This document shows positions 39,399-49,382 of a stretch of DNA of 64,000 nucleotides, one piece after another. The stretch's first letter is position 1, and each line of letters starts with the position of its first letter. The position numbers were made by a program, and so were the translations under genes. Origin of the DNA: an uncultured virus (IMG/VR IMGVR_UViG_2236876025_000003) (Duplodnaviria > Heunggongvirae > Uroviricota > Caudoviricetes); the IMG/VR virus record IMGVR_UViG_2236876025_000003; one strand, 5' to 3'. The notes under the pieces are model-generated. The model was given only the letters and a program-made list of their open reading frames with translations, did no database searches and was not told the origin of the DNA.

Positions 39399-39998
39399 AT
39401 GAAACAAGATAAAACAAGTGAAGGCTATATTTCAAATAAGTATTTACGTGAGCTTGTTGTCAAGTTTAATTCAATGAATATAAATGACAATGGTAAATGG
39501 TGTGATGCTTATGAAAAGAAGATGGATAAGAAAAATGCAAAAGGTAATATGAAAATCGATAAATACGAAGTATCGAAATCCTTTATCCATCGTAAAAAAC
39601 AACAGATTGCAGCTTTGCATACTAGATACGAGAATTTCAGTGACGAAGAACGCCGAGCGTTTGATGCTGAATTTGAAAAAGTAAAGAAAGACATTTGCGA
39701 AGCTTTCTTGAAAGTTATTGACGGGCGTATAATTTCATATAAGCTAGTCCAGACACCCGCATATGAAGAAATTGACGATATCAGACAGGAAGCGCTGATG
39801 TCCTTATTCACATATATAAACCGTTACGACGAAACGCGAAATACAAGTGCGTTCGCTTTCGTAACAGAACTTATATCTAACGCCATGAACGGATATCTTA
39901 AGAAAATGAACCAACGTAATGCCGTTCAGATTACAGGTCTCGATTTCTATGAAAACTTGAATACTATCGATGACATGTATGGCGAAGATAATGATTAA
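39399..39998 (+). CDS. Late-transcription sigma factor (gp55-like)
   Basis: YISNK, ICEAFLKV, DDIRQEAL, YINRYD, SAFAFVTELISNA; fits the many TATAAATA promoters. Confidence 0.8.
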   Translation: MKQDKTSEGYISNKYLRELVVKFNSMNINDNGKWCDAYEKKMDKKNAKGNMKIDKYEVSKSFIHRKKQQIAALHTRYENFSDEERRAFDAEFEKVKKDICEAFLKVIDGRIISYKLVQTPAYEEIDDIRQEALMSLFTYINRYDETRNTSAFAFVTELISNAMNGYLKKMNQRNAVQITGLDFYENLNTIDDMYGEDND

Positions 39999-40016
39999 TA
40001 GAGGTTATACTGATTA

Positions 40017-41225
40017 ATGTTAAATGCGCATAGTGAGAATGTAGACGGAAAAAGAATTGCACTGGTCTATTGTAGAGACCATTCAGGCTGTTCACATGTC
40101 CGTCTAAGATATAATACTGAATATATAAATGGTCATGAAATGGGAGTAGAACCAGTTATACTCCCGTTTCCTACTTTTGATCCGGCTCTTTTGTCCGCCG
40201 CAAAATCCATAGTAATTCAAAGGCCATGTGTAGGAAACGATATCGAGCTACTACGTCGATATAAAGAATTACAGCCTAAATTCGGTTATAAACTTGTAGG
40301 TGAATTTGACGACTTGATTTTTTATACAGGTGACTGCGATGAAGCAAATGACGGCGTTCCGCCGTATAATCCAGGACATGATAATATGAAGGAGCATAAG
40401 GATGAAATGAAAGCTATTCTTTCACAGACTCTTCCGATGCTCGATCTTATTGTCGTATCTACGGATTACCTTAAAAAATCTATCGAGAAAGTGTTCGGTG
40501 TAAACAACGTAATGGTCATAAAGAATGTAGTTCCAAGATTCTTGTGGAATTTTGAACGTAAAGCACCGATTAAACATGACCTTATAAAACCGCGAATTAT
40601 CTATTCCGGCAGTCCGACACATTATCAACAGCCAATTCCTAAATTAATGCCTGGTCAACATCCTAATTTTCCGAACGGACATCCAGGCCAACCAGGTGAC
40701 AGGGGCGACTGGAATACAGGTCTGTGTGACTGGATTATCAAGATGGTAAAGGAAAACAAGATTGATTTTTATATCATGGGCGCTTTGCCGTTTTTCTTCA
40801 GCGAAATCAAGGATAAAATCCAGTTTATTCCATGGGCTGATTCACATACGTTTCCTAGGAAATTTATGGAAGTTCATGCGGACTTTAGCGTAGCATCAGT
40901 TGTCGATAACCCGTTTAATAAGGCTAAATCATCATTGAGATTTACAGAAGCTTGCGCTACTGGCTGTGTATTTATCGGTAACATCTTTAGCGAATCTGAT
41001 ACCAGTCCGTATCGTGAAATTCATAACGATTGCAAATTTACTGAAAAATCTACAGTCGACGATATCGATAATATGTTCTGGAAGCTTTGCAAAAAGGACA
41101 AATATAATGAAGTCCTTAATTGGCAATATGATTTTATCAATAATTCTGGTTGCTGGTTAGAGAGTTCTCAGCATATAAATCAGATGATGCTTATGTTTGA
41201 TAATAAAGAACCGAATATAATTTAA
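40017..41225 (+). CDS. GT-B fold glycosyltransferase
   Basis: EFDDL, DLIVVSTDYL, VIKN, YSGSPTH, DNPFNKAKSSLRFTE. Confidence 0.75.
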   Translation: MLNAHSENVDGKRIALVYCRDHSGCSHVRLRYNTEYINGHEMGVEPVILPFPTFDPALLSAAKSIVIQRPCVGNDIELLRRYKELQPKFGYKLVGEFDDLIFYTGDCDEANDGVPPYNPGHDNMKEHKDEMKAILSQTLPMLDLIVVSTDYLKKSIEKVFGVNNVMVIKNVVPRFLWNFERKAPIKHDLIKPRIIYSGSPTHYQQPIPKLMPGQHPNFPNGHPGQPGDRGDWNTGLCDWIIKMVKENKIDFYIMGALPFFFSEIKDKIQFIPWADSHTFPRKFMEVHADFSVASVVDNPFNKAKSSLRFTEACATGCVFIGNIFSESDTSPYREIHNDCKFTEKSTVDDIDNMFWKLCKKDKYNEVLNWQYDFINNSGCWLESSQHINQMMLMFDNKEPNII

Positions 41226-41248
41226 AAAAATCAAAATATAAACATTTA

Positions 41249-41280
41249 TTTACAGGGTCTTGATCAAATTACTATATTTG
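41249..41280 (+). promoter_or_regulatory. Host-sigma-type promoter
   Basis: TTTACA-18 nt-TATATTTG. Confidence 0.5.
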
Positions 41281-41309
41281 ATTAAGACATTTTAATATGG
41301 AGTAGAAAA

Positions 41310-41696
41310 ATGATTATAACTACAAGAAGTGGTAACAAGTATATGGTCAAAGTAAGGTTTATTCATACGCCGGTCCTCAAGGAATCGACTGATGAATATG
41401 GCAGAAAGCACGTCATTTATTGGACTGAACACAGCACCCGTGTTTCTGTTTCGCGTTTGACCACTGCAAAAGTTAATTCAGAAGTAACTGTAACTGGCAT
41501 TAGCAGATGTCATTATAAGGATAAGTTTGATAAGCTTACCGGTAAGAAGATTGCATATAATAATGCAATTACTAAGTTGTATGATCTTAGCCTTATTACA
41601 GCTGAAGATAGAATCGACTTGGCAGCATTTGATTTAGTAAGCGCCGACTTTGTTGCGCCACAATTGAATACATGCGAACAAGAAGCTAAAATTTAA
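41310..41696 (+). CDS. Hypothetical phage protein
   Basis: SRCHYKDKFDKLTGKKIA motif typical of small phage proteins; GGAG SD. Confidence 0.55.
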   Translation: MIITTRSGNKYMVKVRFIHTPVLKESTDEYGRKHVIYWTEHSTRVSVSRLTTAKVNSEVTVTGISRCHYKDKFDKLTGKKIAYNNAITKLYDLSLITAEDRIDLAAFDLVSADFVAPQLNTCEQEAKI

Positions 41697-41704
41697 GGGG
41701 ATAT

Positions 41705-42235
41705 ATGAATACAGCAAAATTTGATAGTGTACTTACAGGATTCAAGCTGGTAAAGCGTGGCGAAGATTCATTCTGGAATGTACAGTTTAAAGTTTCCGAA
41801 GAAACAAGTATCAGGACATTTCCTAGACAGTTTTCTCCAGATATTGACTTTAACGGCGTATTCGATCAAAGTGCAGTAAATGACGCATGGGACAAGACAA
41901 ATATTCCGGTCAGTGACTATAATATTCATTATATGATTGACTTCAGTGAACTTTCCTTTGAAGCAAAGTTCTTGAACATTGCAGCAGTACGCAAACATAA
42001 CAATGATGATACTTGGCGTACAGATTATACGCTTTCTTTCCTTTGTGACCCGGACAAGGACACAATCAAGAAGCTCGTATATTATGTAAATCGAAAGGAA
42101 GTCAACCCGATGACCGGCAAGAAAGAAGTCGTGGCCTATCCGACTGTACTTAATCCAGTCGAAGACCAGGGAAATCTTGAACCGTCCGAACCGAATGATC
42201 AGGCTGAAAAAGATCAAGAATGGCGCGCAGAATAA
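41705..42235 (+). CDS. Hypothetical protein
   Basis: 176-aa ORF with SD. Confidence 0.55.
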   Translation: MNTAKFDSVLTGFKLVKRGEDSFWNVQFKVSEETSIRTFPRQFSPDIDFNGVFDQSAVNDAWDKTNIPVSDYNIHYMIDFSELSFEAKFLNIAAVRKHNNDDTWRTDYTLSFLCDPDKDTIKKLVYYVNRKEVNPMTGKKEVVAYPTVLNPVEDQGNLEPSEPNDQAEKDQEWRAE

Positions 42236-42254
42236 ATAATGGAAAGGAACACTA

Positions 42255-42956
42255 ATGTTTGATTCGCAAAAGCTTTCGTTTGAAAAATTTATTTTAGGCT
42301 ACAAACATGGCATTTACGTTTTTACGGAAGATACATGCCATATTTGTAAGGAATATAAAGACAGTATTTCGTTTATTAACAATGCTAATTTATATTTTGT
42401 CGAAGTAAGTTTGGAAACCGAGAAAAAGCTTATCGAACAAATGTTAGGCCGTTCTGTTTTTCCATTGACTGCATGTTTTAAAGATAATAAGCTTAGTTAT
42501 GTAAAGGCTGGACAATTATTTGAAACTCAGCTTCAAGGCATTTTTGCCGACCTTAAAAAGTTTGGCGATAAACCCCTGTCACCTGATGAAATTCAAAAAC
42601 GTCTAAAGAAAGAAGAAACAAAATGTCTATTGACATATTATGTTTTTTCCAACAGTATTACAGCAGATGAACGTAGACAGGTTATAGAAAAAGCGATAAA
42701 ATACAATGAACTTCCAATAGATGTAGATTCTATGCCAGAAAATTTAACATTGGAAGATAGATTTCATCTGCTTGAATATACGCTATCATTAGCTAAGCTT
42801 GTTATTTTTAAGTCATCGAAGTCACAGCTGTTTTCTAGTCTTGGTCAAAAAATTATTATAGAATATAATTCAGCGCACGGTACAGAAACTAAGTTTGATA
42901 TTAGAAATATTAGTGACATTTTAGGGCAATCAAATGATAGAGATAATTCCAATTAA
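42255..42956 (+). CDS. Thioredoxin-fold domain protein
   Basis: CHIC (CxxC) after a beta strand, later cis-Pro-like VFP. Confidence 0.55.
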   Translation: MFDSQKLSFEKFILGYKHGIYVFTEDTCHICKEYKDSISFINNANLYFVEVSLETEKKLIEQMLGRSVFPLTACFKDNKLSYVKAGQLFETQLQGIFADLKKFGDKPLSPDEIQKRLKKEETKCLLTYYVFSNSITADERRQVIEKAIKYNELPIDVDSMPENLTLEDRFHLLEYTLSLAKLVIFKSSKSQLFSSLGQKIIIEYNSAHGTETKFDIRNISDILGQSNDRDNSN

Positions 42957-43647
42957 GGAACGCGTAGAAGAAAAAACCGTAGATACGGAAAAAGTTTTTT
43001 ATATTGACAACTCGCACGGCACTTCAATGACAGAAAAATATAATTATGCCATTGAAAATATTATATTAAAATCAGATGATCCTATTGTCTGTTTCCGTCA
43101 TTACGATACTTTTATCTGTACGCCAAATGATGTATGTGATTATAAGCTCGAAAAATTGTTTGAAAAGCATACAGTCGGTGTCGCAGGTGTCATAGGGACA
43201 ATCGCTTTAGATAGAACATGTTGTTGGTGGCATGGTGTATTGAATGCCGGCGGAAGACAGAATTTTGGCAGTGGTTCTATTATTCAAGGTGGACTTAACG
43301 AGATGTGTCAAGTTATTGAATATCCGATGAATGACCATCCTGGCGTTCATGATTATCTTGCTACAGTCGATGGTTGTTGTTTGTTTTTCCCAAAATGGAT
43401 TTTTGAAGAAGGCCTTAGATTTGATGAAAATCTGAAAGATTATCATTTTTATGATTCGGATATTTCTTTACAGGTTCTCGAACGCGGATATAAAGTATCG
43501 ACTATCGATATTAAGATAAAGCATTATAGTCAGGGCGTGCCGCCTAAACAATTTGAAGACTTGCGCAAGGTATTTTTTGCAAAGTGGGATAAAAAAGTAG
43601 AAGGCCAATGGCCGATTTCTAGGCTAAGTAAATTTAAAAAGGATTGA
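42934..43647 (+). CDS. GT-A (family 2-like) glycosyltransferase
   Basis: KYNYAI, CFRHYD, GVAGVIG, TVDG, RFDE, YHFYDSDISLQ, HYS. Confidence 0.8.
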   Translation: MIEIIPIKERVEEKTVDTEKVFYIDNSHGTSMTEKYNYAIENIILKSDDPIVCFRHYDTFICTPNDVCDYKLEKLFEKHTVGVAGVIGTIALDRTCCWWHGVLNAGGRQNFGSGSIIQGGLNEMCQVIEYPMNDHPGVHDYLATVDGCCLFFPKWIFEEGLRFDENLKDYHFYDSDISLQVLERGYKVSTIDIKIKHYSQGVPPKQFEDLRKVFFAKWDKKVEGQWPISRLSKFKKD

Positions 43648-43649
43648 CT

Positions 43650-43817
43650 ATGAATAGAATTATCGACACGTTTCTAAAAGATTCTTCTTTTAATATGTTA
43701 AAACAAGCGGAAAATTACTATATTTTTAACGATAATACGAATAATCGAAAATTAAAGATTTCCGTAATTACTGACGATAAAGTTTCTATTGAATTCAGGG
43801 ATAATTTCGATGGCTGA
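43650..43817 (+). CDS. Small hypothetical protein (55 aa, below track cut-off)
   Basis: Manual translation MNRIIDTFLKD...FRDNFDG*; fills the gap; AAGGA SD. Confidence 0.5.
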   Translation: MNRIIDTFLKDSSFNMLKQAENYYIFNDNTNNRKLKISVITDDKVSIEFRDNFDG

Positions 43818-44232
43818 AAAAAAGAAAAATCCGTTATTTGAAACATTAAACTACATTTGTAATAAGCAATATACATGGGAAGAACTCCCTGAAGACAATA
43901 AAAAAACCTATAGTCAATTTATGATTAATAGGTTTTTAAGTAGTTATGAATATCTTTTGCCTATTCTTTGTGAATTAACATCAGTTAAATATACCGACGA
44001 GCAACATTACAGAATTTTATATGCGTTCGTAAAAAGAACCAAACATTATTTCAATTATGACGCCTATAAGATTGAGAATAAAATCGATCCGGATTTATTG
44101 CTTGCGATAAAGAAAGAATATAAAATTGGAAACAGGGAAGCAAAAAGATACAACGAAGTATTGACAGAACCTCAACGTGATTACATTAGAAAACGTTGGG
44201 CTGATTATATTGCTTATGTAAAATCCAAATAA
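43810..44232 (+). CDS. Clamp loader small subunit (gp62-like)
   Basis: LFETLNYI, YSQFMINRFLS, QHY, EYKIGNREA..Y; ATG 43810 preferred over TTG 43789. Confidence 0.8.
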   Translation: MAEKKKNPLFETLNYICNKQYTWEELPEDNKKTYSQFMINRFLSSYEYLLPILCELTSVKYTDEQHYRILYAFVKRTKHYFNYDAYKIENKIDPDLLLAIKKEYKIGNREAKRYNEVLTEPQRDYIRKRWADYIAYVKSK

Positions 44233-44261
44233 AAAACCGGTTATTTAACCGGCTTTATTTT
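44231..44261. terminator. Bidirectional intrinsic terminator
   Basis: AAAAAACCGGTTA-tt-TAACCGGCTTTATTTT. Confidence 0.75.
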
Positions 44262-44280
44262 TATATTAAATTAAATTAAC

Positions 44281-44760
44281 TTAACCTTCCAAAGAATTAT
44301 AGAATACGATAATTGCAGCAGCGAGCTCAAGAACACCATAGTCACGGCTTGTGTAGTTTTTGATGTATTTATTAAATGCTTTCGGTGAGCACTTGGAACT
44401 ATTGTTTACGATAGACTCAGACCTATCAATCGAACCGTCTTTAGATTCAATCGTTTTGATAATCTGTTCACATGCTCCATGAATAGTCTGTTCCCAAGAC
44501 TGAATTTGGTCAATAGCATCATTCATATGCTTAGTCTGATCCATATTATCGTCGAATGCGTTTTTAATAGTTAAAATCAATGACGTTGCTATTTCAAGTT
44601 GCGGTTTAATCGCGTCACGGATTTCGCTTCTAATATTTTTTGGTTGGTTTTTAGGGTCGTAGCTATCTAAATCAACATCTTCTACAACGATTTTATAATC
44701 GTCGTTGTATTTTGCGAGATTTTCTACAATTTTGTTAAATTCTTCCTGTATCATACTCAA
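44281..44760 (-). CDS. Hypothetical late protein
   Basis: TATTTATA 44771-44778 and AAGGA SD. Confidence 0.55.
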   Translation of the reverse strand: MSMIQEEFNKIVENLAKYNDDYKIVVEDVDLDSYDPKNQPKNIRSEIRDAIKPQLEIATSLILTIKNAFDDNMDQTKHMNDAIDQIQSWEQTIHGACEQIIKTIESKDGSIDRSESIVNNSSKCSPKAFNKYIKNYTSRDYGVLELAAAIIVFYNSLEG

Positions 44761-44778
44761 TCCTTTTATATATTTATA

Positions 44779-45234
44779 TTATTTCTTTGACATGATATAG
44801 TTGTAAATTTCGTTAATAAGCATATCTGACGAAACTTTAGGCAACTGATAACTTTCAGTTTTAGGCGGTTCTTCTTCTTTCTCGGATAACGCATTTGCTA
44901 TTATGGCACAACTTGCCACAATCGCACAAATATCGCTCGTATGATTTTCAGAATTTTTATCATTGACACTTTTAATTATATCTATTGCCTTGCTGCAATT
45001 CAGATTGTTTTTGCTCTTTGAAAGTTCTTCGGCAATTTTCGAAGCGATACCTAAAATATTATTTTCACCAAATATCTTTTTAGCAAACTGTTGTTCCAGT
45101 TCGCTAAAATCCTTTACCTTAGATATATCATACTTGTCAGAGTGTATATCTGTCGGCAATAAATCATTGAAATTAATAGGTTTCTTGTCAATTCGTAATT
45201 TCAAATCTTTAATCGGTTCTGCTAAATCGCTCAT
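44779..45234 (-). CDS. Hypothetical protein
   Basis: 151-aa ORF coupled to the upstream gene. Confidence 0.55.
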   Translation of the reverse strand: MSDLAEPIKDLKLRIDKKPINFNDLLPTDIHSDKYDISKVKDFSELEQQFAKKIFGENNILGIASKIAEELSKSKNNLNCSKAIDIIKSVNDKNSENHTSDICAIVASCAIIANALSEKEEEPPKTESYQLPKVSSDMLINEIYNYIMSKK

Positions 45235-48131
45235 TGATTACCTACTTGGTTATTTTGTTTCTTCTTGTCTTCTTCAACTCGGTTGTTTAAATCAACCATT
45301 GCCCTTTTTGCTGCTGAAATTGTAAGCCATAAGCCTTTCAAAAATGAAGAATTTTCAATACTATCCGAAATTTCATCAACTGTATCATTGTTATTGTATG
45401 CAGCTTTAAGCACCTTGATTATTTCTCTTTCATAATCATGCGCATTATCTATTATTCCCTGATAATTTTTGAACCACTTGTCATTCTGCCCGCTATATGC
45501 GATATTGTTCAACTGATGAACAACCTTAGTAAATAAGAAACTATTCGGTCCAGCAAGTTCCTGCAGTTTCTTTAAGCTGGCTTCATGATTAGTGGATGAC
45601 TCGTCTTTCTTTTCAGTTTCCTGACTGTTATCTTTGTTATATGTTTCAATAGCGCCAGGAATATTTTCAGCCTCGACATTGGCATCGCCAGTATTACTGT
45701 ATATACCGACAATACCGTTTTCAATCGGCATTACATTGACTTGTTTTAAGACGTCTGTAAGGTTTCCAAATACTTTTTTCAGATGCTGTTTTGCTTCTTG
45801 TTCTTTATCAGTCTTGGCAAGTTCTTTGAATCTGTTGATATTAAGACTGTCACCTCTTTCCGCCATGACTTCATAGACTTTGCATAATGCCTTGCCAGCA
45901 CCGTTAGTAAGCCAATCTAAATTACCGTTGCCTGACTTATGATTTATTTCTCTATTTGATTTATCAGAATTATTATTAGAATTAGTAGAATTAGCGCCTT
46001 CATTATTCTTCTCCGTATTAGATGGCTGGTCGCCATCATCATGTTCACTATCTTCTTCTGGACCATCGTTTTCAAATAAGCTTAGCTTGATTTTTGTATC
46101 AAATGTAAGCTTGTCATCGATTACCTTCAGTTTAAATTCAGGCTTATATGAATTATTCTGTTGCGGCTTATCTTCATTATCGTTGCTATTGCTCAAACGG
46201 GATGCCGTATCTTTTGCACGTACTTCATCGAATAATACATCTCTTAAAAATTTATAGGTTTCTTGAATATCAGGTATAGTTCTGATACTTGCCTTATAAT
46301 CGTCCAATATCGCAATATAGTTATTAATAGCAAGCTGACCGGCTCTTGCTTTCTTCGCCTTGAGTTGTTCTAATTCCTCTTTAAGCTTATCGATATTTTT
46401 TTCTTCATTTTCGACATCAGCCTCGTTCATGAAATTCTTTAAACTGAGCGGTTTAGCGCTTTCTTGTTTAGGCTGCTGTTCATTATTCTGTTTTTTATCC
46501 TGGCTTCCAGCATTATTAATCTGTCTTTCGACTGCATTTATCTGTTCTTGCTGTTTAGCCTGTGTATCTTCAGACCATTTCTGATATATTTGCTCTTCCT
46601 CGTCATACATTTTAAGCGAAGAAAGAAGATTATTTACATAAATCTGTATCAACGGAACATTGTTATTCCCATTTTCGGTATTGAATGTGCACTGTTCCAT
46701 ATTGATTGTTCCAATCTTGCCATATGCGAGAATCTTATATATCTGGCTTAATGAACACATGACGCCGACATAAGCGACAGCCATCGCCTCTTTTTCATCT
46801 TTTCCTCGATATTCCTTGATTAGCTTATTGAAATCTTCAGGTGTAGTATTTTTAAAGGCATGCTTTAATTGGTTATAACCACCGCCCATTCTATCGCAGA
46901 TATCTTGATAGAACTTTCCGCCCTTTTCCATAGCGTCAAATAATCCAAGAACAATCTTGGCGCCACAGTTGAATATCGTCCATTTTTGATTTTTAATATC
47001 GCCTACAATCTTATTTAAAGTCTCGCTATTCCTGATAAATGCGTTAGGACCGCCAAGGCCCCATGCTTTACCATGACGTCTTTCAACTTTTTTCGTAATC
47101 GGGTTTACTATTTCTTTTGTATTGACGTCTCTCTCAAGCCTTTGATATTCCTGTACACCTCTATCAAAGGCAGCAGTCAATTTTTCATGCCAAATATTAT
47201 ACTGCTTAGGAAATTTTTCTGCTACGTTTTTAGCTTGTCTAAGTGCAATTCGTATATCTTGAGAGAAGTCTTCAATACGTTTAGGCAATTCGATAAAGTG
47301 ACCGTTGTTATTTCCGTCTTGCAGGTTTTCTTCAGCAACTTCGAGCAAATAATTTATAACATAACTTGAACGTGTAGTATAAGATTCATTTGCTTCAGCT
47401 TCGATTTCACCATTGTCACTAGTACCAGCCTGCTTAATCGAGTTAATTACGTTCTTAGCGGCGTCAATCTTTAACTTAGGTTCAATCGTTACAAACTGCA
47501 TCAAGAAACTGTCATTTTCACGATTCTGTTCTGGAGCCGCACCGAATACGCCCTGCAAAATTTCTTGAAACTTAGCTGAATCGATTTTCGTATCAGTATC
47601 TGTTAAACGGCTAACGCATTTGCCCGCATAAAATACCATTGCCTGGCCGAGTGTTTCATACTGACTTTCTGAAGCGACGACGCCTTTTTCAGCATACTTG
47701 GTATCTTTAGTAACACGACCCGGATTTACGACTTTCGGCAAGAAGTATGTTTCAATATATGATTTCCTTGCAGCGTCATTAAGATTTTCCAAACCGTCTT
47801 CGATAAGCTTTGACCATTCAGTTGGTTTCTGGCTAATGATTGCGTCTCTGATTCGTCTAAAATCATCAGTCGGCTGTTTAGAACTGCCTTCGTTATAGTT
47901 AACGGAAGTTTCACCATGCTCGTTTTCAGTGTCGATAATATAGAAGAATTTTAAATGCTTACCGGAACTAGGCGGAGAGATGCGCTTTAAAAATTTCTTC
48001 ATCGCATCTTTATTATTATAAATATCCTTAATATCAGAAAGAATGGTATTTATGTTTACCTGTACTTCTTTTTTCTGCTTTTTGCCTGCTTCAGTTATGA
48101 AATCTTTTAATGACATTGTTATACTCCACAA
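45231..48131 (-). CDS. Large helical protein, possible internal head/ejection protein
   Basis: Likely start MSLKDFITE; internal SLKNFMNE and LFE sites; low-complexity linkers. Confidence 0.55.
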   Translation of the reverse strand: MWSITMSLKDFITEAGKKQKKEVQVNINTILSDIKDIYNNKDAMKKFLKRISPPSSGKHLKFFYIIDTENEHGETSVNYNEGSSKQPTDDFRRIRDAIISQKPTEWSKLIEDGLENLNDAARKSYIETYFLPKVVNPGRVTKDTKYAEKGVVASESQYETLGQAMVFYAGKCVSRLTDTDTKIDSAKFQEILQGVFGAAPEQNRENDSFLMQFVTIEPKLKIDAAKNVINSIKQAGTSDNGEIEAEANESYTTRSSYVINYLLEVAEENLQDGNNNGHFIELPKRIEDFSQDIRIALRQAKNVAEKFPKQYNIWHEKLTAAFDRGVQEYQRLERDVNTKEIVNPITKKVERRHGKAWGLGGPNAFIRNSETLNKIVGDIKNQKWTIFNCGAKIVLGLFDAMEKGGKFYQDICDRMGGGYNQLKHAFKNTTPEDFNKLIKEYRGKDEKEAMAVAYVGVMCSLSQIYKILAYGKIGTINMEQCTFNTENGNNNVPLIQIYVNNLLSSLKMYDEEEQIYQKWSEDTQAKQQEQINAVERQINNAGSQDKKQNNEQQPKQESAKPLSLKNFMNEADVENEEKNIDKLKEELEQLKAKKARAGQLAINNYIAILDDYKASIRTIPDIQETYKFLRDVLFDEVRAKDTASRLSNSNDNEDKPQQNNSYKPEFKLKVIDDKLTFDTKIKLSLFENDGPEEDSEHDDGDQPSNTEKNNEGANSTNSNNNSDKSNREINHKSGNGNLDWLTNGAGKALCKVYEVMAERGDSLNINRFKELAKTDKEQEAKQHLKKVFGNLTDVLKQVNVMPIENGIVGIYSNTGDANVEAENIPGAIETYNKDNSQETEKKDESSTNHEASLKKLQELAGPNSFLFTKVVHQLNNIAYSGQNDKWFKNYQGIIDNAHDYEREIIKVLKAAYNNNDTVDEISDSIENSSFLKGLWLTISAAKRAMVDLNNRVEEDKKKQNNQVGNQ

Positions 48132-48586
48132 ATCGGTGTCATCTTCTTTGAATAATATCTAAATTTATTTTGCCCATTGGTCATGCTGTTGAACATGTCT
48201 GACGCGGCGTCTATTATTAAATGGTCACACAGCAAGAATACATGCGGAATATAATAATAAAAAGCCTTATCTTCTTTTGACAATGACTCTACATAAGCTT
48301 CAAGCGAATCCTGATACGTATCGCCGAATTTTTTCTCTATAGTATCAAGTTCTTCTTCCGTGAAGTCATTTTCGTCAAGCCAGCCTTTGATAGTGTCGAC
48401 TTTATAAAGGCCTGAAATTATTTTGGACGGAAATCCAGACATCGTAAGCTCATTACGCAATTCATTATTTATTTCTATACAATTATCGCGAATCATTGGC
48501 AAATCAGGCATATAGTGACTGAATTCTCGCCAAATCATTAACGCTAACTGCTTATTATCTTCTGGATTTACTATAATATTATTCAT
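48119..48586 (-). CDS. Transglutaminase/papain-like Cys-His-Asp fold protein (tentative)
   Basis: NCIEIN...IISG...PHVFL...IIDAA..MF. Confidence 0.45.
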   Translation of the reverse strand: MNNIIVNPEDNKQLALMIWREFSHYMPDLPMIRDNCIEINNELRNELTMSGFPSKIISGLYKVDTIKGWLDENDFTEEELDTIEKKFGDTYQDSLEAYVESLSKEDKAFYYYIPHVFLLCDHLIIDAASDMFNSMTNGQNKFRYYSKKMTPICGV

Positions 48587-48623
48587 TTATATATTTATAA
48601 TGTTGTTTTTGCCATATAAAAAT

Positions 48624-48649
48624 AAAAACCAGCAAAATCCGCTGGTTTC
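48624..48649 (-). terminator. Intrinsic terminator
   Basis: AAACCAGC-aaaatcc-GCTGGTTT with an A run on the left. Confidence 0.7.
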
Positions 48650-48677
48650 TATATTCATAAAGGACCAAATTTAATTG

Positions 48678-49334
48678 TTAGTCTTCATCATCATCGTCGT
48701 CAGTGATATTATCTAACGATACGTAGCCGTCATCATCATTATAGCCGAGGTCTTCAACATTGTCTAATGCGTCGTCCATCGCGGTAATGTCTTCGCCTTC
48801 AGTTTCTGGTTCTTCTGTAGGACCTTCACCGTCAAGTAAATCAGAAATACCGTCAATATCAGCGTCTTCATCGCCTTCCTTAGTATCGAAGTCTTCCGTG
48901 TCAGGAACAGAATCGATAATATTAAGACGTGCGCCGCAACATGGACATACCGGATTAGAAAGATCGAGGTCAAATGTTTCGTCGTCGTCTGCCTTAGGAG
49001 TCTTGTCGCTGAGAGCATCAATCTTGTCTTCGATAACGTCTAAACGAGAATAAATGTCCTGGTCTTCCGGATCAACTTCATCTTCTTTGGTTTCTTCCGT
49101 GGCGTCAAGGTCAGTCAATTCGCCGTCGTCTTCTTCAGTGTCATCAACTGGGTCAGCTAAGTCGCTATTATCTACTTCGCCATCTTCGTCTGCGGTATAT
49201 TCGGAATCGTCTTCAGTTTCGTCAGTTTCATCGCTAGCGGTTTCTGTAGCTTCTTCTTTTGCATCTTCATAAATTGAATATGTTTCGTCCAATAACCAGC
49301 TAGCTGCGTCAAAAATATCGTATTTCTTAGCCAT
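48678..49334 (-). CDS. Highly acidic late protein with CPCCG motif
   Basis: Asp/Glu-dominated; TATTTATA 49359-49366. Confidence 0.6.
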   Translation of the reverse strand: MAKKYDIFDAASWLLDETYSIYEDAKEEATETASDETDETEDDSEYTADEDGEVDNSDLADPVDDTEEDDGELTDLDATEETKEDEVDPEDQDIYSRLDVIEDKIDALSDKTPKADDDETFDLDLSNPVCPCCGARLNIIDSVPDTEDFDTKEGDEDADIDGISDLLDGEGPTEEPETEGEDITAMDDALDNVEDLGYNDDDGYVSLDNITDDDDDED

Positions 49335-49382
49335 AGTATTAAGTCCTTTATTTTATATTATTTATATCGAAAAATTCAAAAT

